A stretch of 64,000 nucleotides of DNA, taken from contig NIVC01001852.1 of NCBI GenBank assembly GCA_002269645.1, positions 84,273 to 148,272 on the forward strand, given 5' to 3'. This document shows, piece after piece, positions 50,601-61,146 of the stretch. Source of the DNA: Macrostomum lignano. Taxonomy: Eukaryota. Position numbers and translations under genes: made by a program. The notes under the pieces were generated by a model. It did not search any database and had not been told where the DNA came from. It saw only the letters and a list, made by a program, of their open reading frames with translations. Positions within the stretch are counted from its first letter, which is position 1. Each line of letters opens with the position of its first letter.

Positions 50601-50987
50601 TTCAAGTTCAACGCCGGCCCGTTGGCTGCCAGTTTCGGCGCAGATTCCGAAATTGGCGCCGGCTGTTGCGCCGGCTGCGTCGCGTTGCCGCCCGCTAAAA
50701 TTTATGTCACTTGCGAGAGAGTCTGTCTGCGACTGTGCCTGGAGGGCGACTTTGCCGAGAAGCGAGTGGCTCTGGTTGCAGCCGAATCGGGGCTGGTGAG
50801 CCACCCGGTTCTCGGCAAGCCGCAGATTCAATGCGAGAACGGGGCCAGTGGAGCCAAGAAACTCTCTCGTCTGGCTAAGCGGCTGGCTACTGAAGAGCGC
50901 CAGCGCCTAATCGACCTGTTCGAGGGTCAGCTGATCGAGATGGCCAAGGCTTTCGTTGAGGATCCGAAAGCTTTGGCTTCGTTGTGA
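47645..50987 (+). CDS. Putative TULIP-fold (Grp7 allergen/Takeout/BPI-like) protein; exons ~47645-47938 and 50568-50987 (GC-AG intron proposed)
   Basis: N-terminal helix, GLDPF motif, GLASL, beta-strand-rich middle and long amphipathic C-terminal helix. A phase-0 join GAG|GCAAGC ... ATTAG|GTA gives [14 protein letters not shown]. The N-terminus and family call are inferred. Confidence 0.5.
48110..48310. repeat. 15-bp minisatellite (GGCTTTAGCACCAGG)
   Basis: About 13 copies. A short inverted related segment lies at ~51895-51950. Confidence 0.9.
49187..50230 (+). mobile_element. BEL/Pao LTR retrotransposon gag remnant (DUF1759-like domain + zinc knuckles)
   Basis: [31 protein letters not shown]...[15 protein letters not shown] is typical of Pao gag. 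It is followed by CTYCKASH and, after a frameshift, [14 protein letters not shown] (CCHC). There is an internal stop at 49385-49387. pol and LTRs were not identified. Confidence 0.88.
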
Positions 50988-51089
50988 GCCTGAATGAGAG
51001 TTTAATTGCGCATGAGACTTTACTGAGGACTTCACGGACTTTATCGTGGACTTTTCTAAGACCAGGCAAGGGAGGGTGACTTTATGCTG

Positions 51090-51141
51090 AGGGACAGACA
51101 GACAGACAGACAGACGGACAGACAGACAGACGGACAGACAG

Positions 51142-51184
<43 letters not shown>

Positions 51185-51191
51185 GCCAGCC

Positions 51192-51288
<97 letters not shown>

Positions 51289-51380
51289 CTAAGACAGACA
51301 GACAGACACTAAGACAGACAGACAGACAGACAGACACTAAGACAGACAGACAGACACTAAGACAGACAGACAGACAGACA
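51090..51380. repeat. (CAGA)n microsatellite
   Basis: Direct inspection. Confidence 0.95.
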
Positions 51381-52829
51381 TGCTGTTTTGATACTAGCGT
51401 AGTTTTGAACTTGGCATCTTGTCAGTGTGCATGCATTGCGTGCATTGCCTATCTGTAAAACTGCTAATTGATATTAAAAGTTTCGCTTTAATTGCTTTCT
51501 ATGTCTAAATTAACATGTGTTTGCTATGATAGGCATGTTAATTAATTATTGAACCCGATATTTATTATTCTTATTAGATTTTATTGCAATTTAGATGCTT
51601 ATACTACTACTCTTCATTAGTAACTATTCAGCATCCATCAATATTGTATTAAGCCGTTTCTGCTTAAATAATCATTGTGTACATTTTTCTTTCAAATATA
51701 AATATAAACGCACTCGCATATATTATCAGCAGAACATATCGTCTCTGAGCAGCAACCAGGATTAAACAATTTTTTCTAAACGCACCGCAATGTAACAGAA
51801 ATGATCAATCTTAATGCCTGAGCTTGACTGCGAATTCCGCATCCTAAATCTTCACTTTGAAGCGCTACAATCATTCAATTTTCGTTTAGTTCAGTCTAAA
51901 GCCCCTGGTGCTAAAGCCGCTGGTGGTTGGCGCCTCTAAAAAAGCCCCTGAAAGGAAATGGTGGAATTGCTGCACCCTGGTGATGCGCCCTTAGTTGCAG
52001 TGCATCACCAAACCAAAGCAGACAACCAAATTTGTCAGCAAAAAACTCAAATTCAGTTCTGCTGTCAGGCACTCATATTTGTCTCTAGCTTTCCGCTATC
52101 ATATTTCTGCTTCTAGGTAGGCTGCAAAAGTACGAACTTCTTTGTGCAAAACTGGATTGACAAGTTGCAGTTTACATTAATGCTACATGTTGCATACGTT
52201 TGTACACAAAAGTACTACATGTATGTGTGTACATTCAAATGGGCACATGTCTCTCTGCCAGCAAACTTCGTGGTGAAAAGATAGACGACTATAGACACTG
52301 GAATAAAAATGTAACATTTCTATCATTATAGTGACAAAAGTACAGGTGGACTGTTAAGTACGCGTGTGTCTGACTATTGTTTAAAAAAGCTACGAATTAA
52401 AATGCATTATATAGCCCAGCACAGATGTCATTATTCCACACCTTTTTCACGGTAATGCACAGATACAAGAAAGGTAAACAGACATAAAGGTGGGGAAAGC
52501 AGTCATGCCATGAAATGCGTAGATGAGGAGCAATTGTGGGATCCTATATACTAAAAATAATGGCTAAAATTGCTATTGCTTCTGAGTAAAAGTATATGAG
52601 TATGTATACAACGGTTTAGTCAGATGCTGCTAATTGTCAATGATAATTGCCGAAAAACGTACCATCATGTACCTGCCTACGAGTGTATGTTGACTCATTA
52701 GCATGGTAGATTCACAGGCTAATACCTGAGAATTAGCATGTGCAAATGGAATCGATCTACGTAGAATAAAATATAAAATTTTGAGACATCATCTGATTTG
52801 CCTAAGCTGCTATCGCATAAATGCACACC

Positions 52830-53255
52830 TCCCAGACCCCGACCGGATAAGCATACATAAGCGAGTTTGCACTTTGCTTTTCGGTTCGGTTCATTTTACG
52901 GTGTCCTTCGAAAAGCCTGTAGCAAACCCCGGTGTTACACTTTAGACTATCCGGGGTTTTTTTGTCTGGCCCGGATATCCGAACGCACTTACGATATCCG
53001 CCCGGATACTGCCAAGCAAAAAACCTGCTTTGTTTTCTCCTTCCCGGATATCTTGAGCTGCTTTGCATTGTCCGAGCACTTTGAGATGTCTCTCCCGGAC
53101 ATCCTACGGCACTGACTCTGCTATCCGGCCCGTAGATCACAAGAAGGGAAGTTGTCTTAGGACATCCGACTGTAGGTTGAAAGAGAGGGGTCTGTCTGCG
53201 GAGACAGAGGTTTGCTTTAGAACATCCGGCTACTGATATCCGGGGTTTGGAATAG
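52830..53255. mobile_element. Degenerate MITE-like segment rich in CCGGATA/TATCCGG motifs
   Basis: Multiple inverted ACCCCGG/CCGGGGT and TATCCG motifs, with related motifs at 54030-54190. Termini are not resolved. Confidence 0.35.
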
Positions 53256-54264
53256 CAAAATTTCGAAATCAATTTTCACAAAGTAGAAAAAATTTGCTAC
53301 TTTTTCAATTGGCAAACATCTGCGTCATGCTTCTTTAACCGAGTGTATTTTCAATCACTATTTCGCATATCCCACTCCAAAAAGAAATATAAATTAAAGC
53401 TACCATTGCCAACCGAAAAACAGTTTGTTACTCCATTCACCAATCTAATTTGAAAAATCAAAAACTGGCGATCCGCTGAATGAAGCGTGATGAGTCACAG
53501 CCTTCTTCCGATGCTTTGATTGGGATGCCTTCCGTTTTCACATTTTGAGAAACCAGCCAGCTGATAAGTACGAGCTATTTTTGCCGAGACATTTGATGAT
53601 TTGGTAGACCCGCGAACTCCACCTCTTCTGCAGATTCGCATCTCTCTCTTTTGTACTGGAATGTTCCGGCAGCTTAACCTGCTCGTCGCTAAAAACAGAA
53701 AAACACTTGATTTAGCGTTACTTTAGCCACCGAATGAATTTTTTTTCCAAAACGTAGGACGTGGACAAGAAGTATATTCCAACTATCTGAAAGAATAGGT
53801 GTATTATAATTTGCGCAACAATTATAATACACCTAATTACTTTGAGGGTTATTAGCTCGTACACTGATATTCATGACATGTACGCTTGTACGGTACTTTT
53901 AACAACAGTCTATTATCGATTTATTTTTAGACTGCATCTCATCTGCCCCTCCAAGCAGCTTAATGATGTCCTTCTGCCCCACACATTCACATGCGCCTTA
54001 TCTTGTAAATAATTTGACTAACTTGCCACCCAATCTTTACTCACCCGGACAATTTAAGACCCAGGATATTTCAAAGCCGATTTTGTTGTGCCTTGGATTA
54101 TCCAGGGTAGGTTATCGCAAAGCGACAATAATTTTGCTTTGCAATGTCCCCCGGACAAATTAAGACCCCGGTGAACAGAAAGCCTAACACCGGACGAACT
54201 GAATCGTAAAATAAACGTTTAAACAACTGCCATCACATTATCGGGACAATTTTGGGCGATCACA

Positions 54265-54766
54265 CTAAGAATAGGCTGCGTAATGACGCATAGTGGCTTC
54301 GTACACTCCCCCGCCCGGGCTGTCAGCCCGGCTGCCGGCTATCAGGGGGACATCAGGACGGCAACCATGGTCCTCTCGAGTCATGGCTGTTTTGACATGC
54401 ATCGCAAACTCCAGGGAAAGATCCGCAGTAAGGAATGCCCATTCTGCCTCTCCAGTGTGGAGTATGCGGAGCACTTCATCTGTGAATTCCCGTCTTTACT
54501 CAGGACAGGCTCACCTACCTCGGCCCAAACACGGACCTCTAAATTTTTCATTTAGAGAATCTCTGCCAGCTCGTCCGCTACCTAAGGGCTACCGGGTGAG
54601 CGACCATCCACCTCCTGGACTCTCCGGGAGACACCGGAACCACCGGATCTCCTTGCGCGACACCGCAGCACCAGCTACCCGTGGTCGCTAGGGGTTAACG
54701 GAATAGGCGTCAACGCCTCCGATGTATCCGGGTGCCCAGATGCCCCTGCAGCTGAGTCAAGTCAAG
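54265..54766 (+). mobile_element. 3' fragment of an I-group (Loa/R1-like) non-LTR retrotransposon
   Basis: LSSHGCFDMH...CPFC...EYAEHFICE CCHC knuckle, then RLTYLGP...LVRYLRATG* in a shifted frame, a GC-rich 3' UTR and an (AGTCA)n-like tail. Confidence 0.7.
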
Positions 54767-55935
54767 GCTTGGCACATTATATAGCCTTCGAAAGACACTG
54801 ACCAGCCAAATCAGTGATGACAATCTGTTTCGCATGCTTTCAGAAAATATGCACCGACAGCAAATTGGGGGGGGGGGGTTTGGACAGCCGACCCGCAGCC
54901 AGCGATGAGGCAGGAGGTCATGCCCATTCCGCTGACCCCTGAGAACACAGACGCATAAAGATGCGCACGCCCTCACAGGAATGTACAGCGGGCCCTGATT
55001 TTCTCATCGTCAGTCAGTGTACACCTTTCTGCGTGAATCGCACGATTGTCATGAACGATTCCGAAATTAATGTGGCCGAGTGGGGAATTAAACCTGGGAC
55101 TTTCGATCAACAGTTGGACGTGGGGAATGGAACCTGAGGAATTTGGCGTATGAGTGGGTGAGTTACCACTTAACACTCCCAGACTTATTCCATTACCGTA
55201 AATCAAAAACTGGTGATGCCCTGTTTCAGGACACTCACTTCTCAAAGCTTAAGCACACTCGTAAGATTTTCAGTGTAGAGACTTTTTGACAAATTTTGGA
55301 CTTTCAGTCAAGTTTTTCAGCCTCTGCAACGAGTGCTCGCCGGGTACTGTTAAAACAAGTTATCGCATAACATTATGCCAAACCAGTAGTTTTTTTAGCA
55401 AGGAACAGAAGTTAGCCAGCTTGAGTTTAAGCTACAAGAGTTAGAAGCCTAAAGCCCAGCAAGCCTTGTAATCATGACTGTACTTTAATACAAGTTACCA
55501 TGGCGAGATTTAAAAAAATTATTGGCTGTTAGGGTTAGTGACAGCTGCGACACGCATAGGAAGATGAGGCCAATCAGCGATCGAAACGGGGCTGTGGAAT
55601 CTGCTTTCAGTTAGGTATCACAAGGCCCCCAAAACTGGCTTCTGTGCTTCAGTAGACCGGATCTGTCGAATTCCCTTATTCAGCATGCCAACCAGGCATG
55701 AATATACTAAAAGCTAGAGCACAAAACTAAAAAACAAGGCAATTAATTCTATTGTCACACCTCCTAGTCCTAGGCAGTACGAGCGATAGATACTTCATAC
55801 ATCCGGAAAATTGGGAAGACCCGAGAAAGACTCTCAGTGAAGTACGATTGATCTTCAAGTTCAGTTCGTGCCAAAGATCAAACGCTCTCTTATCAAACTA
55901 TACCAGCAAAATAATCTGCACTTTTCTGGCGAGCC

Positions 55936-56678
55936 ATGACTGTCAATCAGAGCAAGAATAGTTTCCTGGTCCTGTCAATCTTGCTTCTGATGTCATCTGT
56001 CAATGCAAGAATCGCCAGCTTAGCCTATCTTGGCTGCTATTTTGACAGCTCAGCGAGTCGCGATCTCAACTCCCTGGTTGGCATCAGCCAACTTGGAATT
56101 TTCAAAGTGCAGTCTAGCTATGGATACGCCGTGCCAGGCAGCTCGGGAATGACAATCGAGCTGTGCAGCAGAATCTGCTCGCTGGGCGGATTCCCGTACT
56201 GCGGACTACAGAGTGGCGTTGGCTGCTACTGCGGCACCAGCTACGGACGCCATGGCACCGCGTCTGAGTGCAAAAGCAAATGCTCCGGAAACTCGTCTCA
56301 AATATGTGGCGGTTTCAGCAAAAACTCTGTGTACTCACTGACTTATGCTCGTACAGGTAATTATAAATACGTTCGCCTAAATATCCAAAGAAACAGCTAC
56401 AATTTCGTCTCATTATTTATTTCGTTCACTTCTCAGGCCTCTGCCACCGATTCCGTGAGTCGCCGAGACAGTTCCTGCAGACGACATCGAGCTACTCAAA
56501 TCCGACTTACTGGACCGCCAGTGCCGGAGACGAACTGAACTGCGCACTTAAATGCAACTCCAGCTGCCAGGCCTTCATCTATACACAGCAACAGAGCCTG
56601 TGCCACCTGTTCAGCTTTGCTGCCGTGCCAATGGCGATCACAAATTCTATTTTTGGACCGTTTTACCTCCGTCTTTAA
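55936..56678 (+). CDS. Secreted WSC-domain + PAN/Apple-domain protein, 220 aa; exons 55936-56356 and 56437-56678
   Basis: Signal peptide, then WSC motifs YLGCYFD...MTIELCSRIC...CYCG...C..KCSGNSSQICGG...NSVY. A phase-1 GT-AG intron leads to exon 2, LNCALKCNSSCQAFIYTQQQSLCHLF (PAN-like), with TAA at 56676-56678. Confidence 0.88.
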
Positions 56679-58106
56679 TGAGGAGAACATACGGGAATTA
56701 AATAGCTGGTCCACTGGCGACTTGAAATGCATCCACTACAGGTGGTTTTGAAGGATACGGATGTGATTAGAAAGAAATTACAGCTGACCATGTGGCTCCT
56801 TTAATTAGAATGAACAAGTGCGGAATTTAAATTCCAGTGGCAATGCTAAATGTACTTTACCGAGCTACATCTGTCTGCCTGAAGGTCAAATACATCTGCA
56901 GGATTTTTTCGCTTAATTTTAGCGGCAAGCAAATTATAAAAAAGCATATGGAATTTTGAGTTTAAGCTGAGACTCTGCTGAACAAAAAAAAACAAAAAAA
57001 TTCTGAGCAGTCTTGAATAACAAAGAGCACAAGCAGTCTTTTAGAAGCTGGGAGTTCAAATTCATGTATTTGTAGCTTACACAGAAAAATATATAGCCCA
57101 ATATTTCTGAGGTATAGAAGACTCTGCGCAACCAAGCTTCACGAGCCTAAAATATCTTATCCATCTATCTATCCACATCCATACTCATTCATCCATAGGC
57201 CTTTCTATCTCCTGTATAAGAACCATCAACTGTTTTATAAATGAGGCAGTTGGTTTACATGATTCCTTTTTTGAACAAAAGAGCATGACTCTAGCAGGCA
57301 AAAAGCTTGCATATCCATTTCTATCAGAGAAGACAGGATTGAAAAATCTGCTTTGATAAAGCCTATATCAAATAGGCTCCTTTTTTCTACATCCTAGCAA
57401 TATCTATTTACAGTATAGCTAATGCACACGAAATAAAATCTGCTTTTACACCTGCATGTTAAACCTGGATATAAAATCTCCGCCGCTAATCTCAGCTCAT
57501 GTACTTCCAATAGCATTTCTTGCTTTGCTGTGAGGCAATTTCAAAACGCTTTTTAGAGTAATTAGAGGCAGGGGCTGTGTGCACCCTTCCTCAGTTCCTC
57601 AGCCTGAACAGTGCCTATTAGCATACAAATGGGAGACAGTTGAAAAATTGAAGAAAGAAATCCACTTTCGTGAACTCTAACTTAACGCAACGCAGTTAGG
57701 TTAGCCAAGGTTACTTGGTTAGTTAACCTAACGCAGGTCCGTGTCTATTGTCCAGTGATCTAGTCTTAACATTACCTTAACAAAAGCTTCAATAGCTTCA
57801 ATAGTAGGTAGAATGCTAGTAGTAGTCATCTTTAGTTAGGTTATTAGTAGCAGATGTTAATACGAATAGTCGTCCATCCCTGAGCGATAATGCAACACAG
57901 AACTCATTTTGCTCAAATGAACAAGGCTAGGCCATTTTTGTATTCTTGGAGAATATAGCCATCTTAAATTCTCCCGAGTTGCCTTAAATAAGCACCGGTA
58001 TTTCCCTCGAGACCTATTAGTCTATTTTTAGACTTCTCCAGACTAATTTGGGACTGCTCCGAGTCTGAGATTTCTATCATCCTATTTTTTGCGCTCCTGA
58101 CCTTTG

Positions 58107-58455
58107 ACATGCCTAGTGGTCTAGCGCGGCGCTCTGGTGTGCCAGCGGCACAGGCTCGATTTCAAGTGCATTTATTTTGGGGCTATAAATTGGAATCTTA
58201 GCCTGAGGTGCAATTGTACGTGCAATTAACGCCCTTGAGGGCCAACCCCCACGGCACAGTGAAGTGTACATGCCTAACGATAAATAAAGTTAGGGCCGCT
58301 GTACACTACTGTGTGTGTGCGCCAGTGCGTATGATTGCGTACGTACAGTATCCGCGCGCTTGTGTGCCTGTTCAGGGGGGTCGGCGGAATGGGCAGTAAT
58401 GCCTCTCGCCGGTTGTGTGACAATGTCACTTAAAGTGCGCCAGAGTGCACACAAT
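58107..58455 (+). mobile_element. Possible second tRNA-derived SINE
   Basis: A-box-like GCCTAGTGGTCTAGCGC and B-box-like GGCTCGATTTC about 45 nt apart, followed by a GC-rich body. Only one copy is in the window. Confidence 0.35.
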
Positions 58456-60469
58456 CCTTGCCTGTAGTCTAAAAAAGATGCCTATGATAACATGATGGAT
58501 GGATTTTTAGCTGATCTATTGTATTTATACTTCTACTAGTGGTTCACTACTACTTGTGAGTAGGATTATAAAAGCATTTGTACACTTTTTGTCGCATATT
58601 CGGTCTCCACACATCCTCTTTACTCAATTGAGGCTGGTGGAATATTCTACAGTGCTACTAAACAAAAATTATAGTAAACAAATCGAAAGACTGAACAACT
58701 CGTACATGTAAAAGCGAATATCAACATTATTATGATATTAATTATTCCAGAACAAAAATACTATAGTTCAATTTATTTATATCATAGTTGCGCAGCAGCG
58801 AATAAGCAGACGACACAACTACATGCCAGCTTTATCACAAAGCGAGGGTATATAATAACATTACTATTAATAATATTGATGATAATAATACTGAATGAGT
58901 TCATCAAAACCGCGTGCTCTGTGCGAATATATAAAAAGCACAAAAGGAAGCAACAGTCACTCACGAATGGCAGACACGATGCCCCAGCAAATGGCGAAAA
59001 TTTTGATACTACTAATAAGTTCTCAACTATATCAGTAGTATATATATAAAATCGACAAGAGTATTTTTATTTGTAAAATGATGAATTTTGTCAGAAAACT
59101 TCAAGATAAATGAGCAATAACACACTACTTACTCAATTTCAGTATTTAAATCCGAATTTAACAATATAAAATAAAAATACTTACTACTGACGAGTCACCG
59201 ATGGTACAGAAAAAGAAATCAGCGCAATAAATTTATATTAACAAAAGTAAACACAAGTGCGCAGCAGCAAGCGTTTGACTAGAAGAAGATAGAGATGCGG
59301 ACATGCTCAACTACAATATGAACTCATAATAAAACAAATCAGTGAACTTAGTAAGCAGGCAAATGAAAAGTAAGCAAACAGTGAACAGGTAATGCCTAAA
59401 GTTATTAATAAAGATAATTTTGATCGGAAAGACAAAAATAAGCGACATGACAATCAAGGAAGTTTAATGGAGATTAGATTTAAATCCGGGTCTGAATTCT
59501 ATGAAAGCTCAGCGACTTGCATAGCTATATTATGGAAGCGACAATACTCAATATTGTTGGTAAAAAGTAACTAACGATATAGCATTGCTTCACTGAAACC
59601 TTCAATAGGTCTTTGTTTAAAGCGAAGTAAGCAACAAAGGGCAATGTATTAAGAAAAAGAAAATACGCGACAACAGGACACGCCACTAGAAATTCCACCA
59701 AGACCAAACAGATTGCAGGCAAAGTAAATGAAGATTAGAAATCGAAATTCATTTCACACAAGGAGTCGTAATCGTATCAATTATGAGGCGCATACTAACA
59801 GTAGTTTATTAGTACATTATACATAAATACTTGATCTGGTCAATAAGACATATGATCCTAATTTATTGAACTAAAAACGACAGACATTAAATCTAAATTC
59901 GTTAATAAAACCAACTGACAGAGGAAAGACAGGTTTGACGAGAAAATTTTAATCATAATTTAATATTTTTATGATTTGATAAGATTCTTAATACGAGAAT
60001 ATAATATAAAACGAAAAAATGATCCATAATACACACAGTAATTGCGAATTAATAGATAGGATTAGATTAATAGCCAAAATACAAATTAGACTAGCGGTGT
60101 GTATAATAGCGCTTCATAACAGTTCGTCATACAATTTATAGCAGTAGAGACAGACAAAAAAGGAAAACTGATTGCCAACTGATATAAAAAATAATTTTTG
60201 CATATGAGATGCTCCATGATAATCAAGTAGCAAAACTACAACTGATGTACTACTGATCATTTGTCGTGCAAGGTTTACACCACAGATACTAGAATAACTT
60301 GATATACTCCTCGCAAAAAGTGCGCTTACGAGCTCGTATCCTTTTTAGTCTTCAGCCTGTTCGAGGGATGCACCCAAAACTAGTGGGATGGCGCCCCAAC
60401 CCCAGACAGGCTGATAAACAGTTTGGCTTTCCTCTTGCCCGCTTGTGTCTTTGATCTCTCTCCTTACTG

Positions 60470-60700
60470 CTCTCTCATTGGCTGAGATAAATTGGGCCAG
60501 CCCCTAGGCTGAGTTCGTCCGTTTAACTGCCCTCTCATTGGCTGAGGCTGAGTTTCGTCCGGCTAACTGCCCTCTCATTGGCTGAGGCTGAGTTTCGTCC
60601 GTCTAACTGCCCTCTCATTGGGCCAGCCCGTAGGCTCTCGTCCGTCTGGGGCACTGCCCTCTCTCCTCACTGCTCTACCATTGGCTGAGCTGAGTTTCGT
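60470..60700. repeat. ~40-bp tandem repeat with six ATTGG (CCAAT) boxes
   Basis: CTCTCATTGGCTGAG...GTTTCGTCCG.CTAACTGCC units. ATTGG at 60477, 60491, 60537, 60577, 60617 and 60680. Confidence 0.75.
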
Positions 60701-61146
60701 CTGTCTTACGTTCAATTGCGTACATTGAATTAAACAGGCACAATTCCACAGAAGCTGCAAACCTTCCAAAAAGTAAAGGAAATTTTAGCTGCCACAAAAA
60801 AATCAAGTGCCACTATACAGACTACTGAGGAAAGAGTAGACGCTCTACTTTTTTCAAAACTTCAATTGCGAGAGACATAACTAGTTACTTTAGTAACTGC
60901 GAGGTTACATTGCTTGAACATTAGAAATTCAAAAGGCCACTGTACACCATGGCCGCGTGCGCTATGCGCGTGTTTGACTGGGCTAAGACAGAACAATATA
61001 GACTGTAAATATTCAAACTCTACTAATAAAATTATTATAGGAAACGCAATGAAACTAAATACCCCATTTCTCTTGAAGATCAATCAGTGGGAAGACCATT
61101 TTATTCGATATAAAACTTTGACAATACCATTATTAGCAATTCATAG

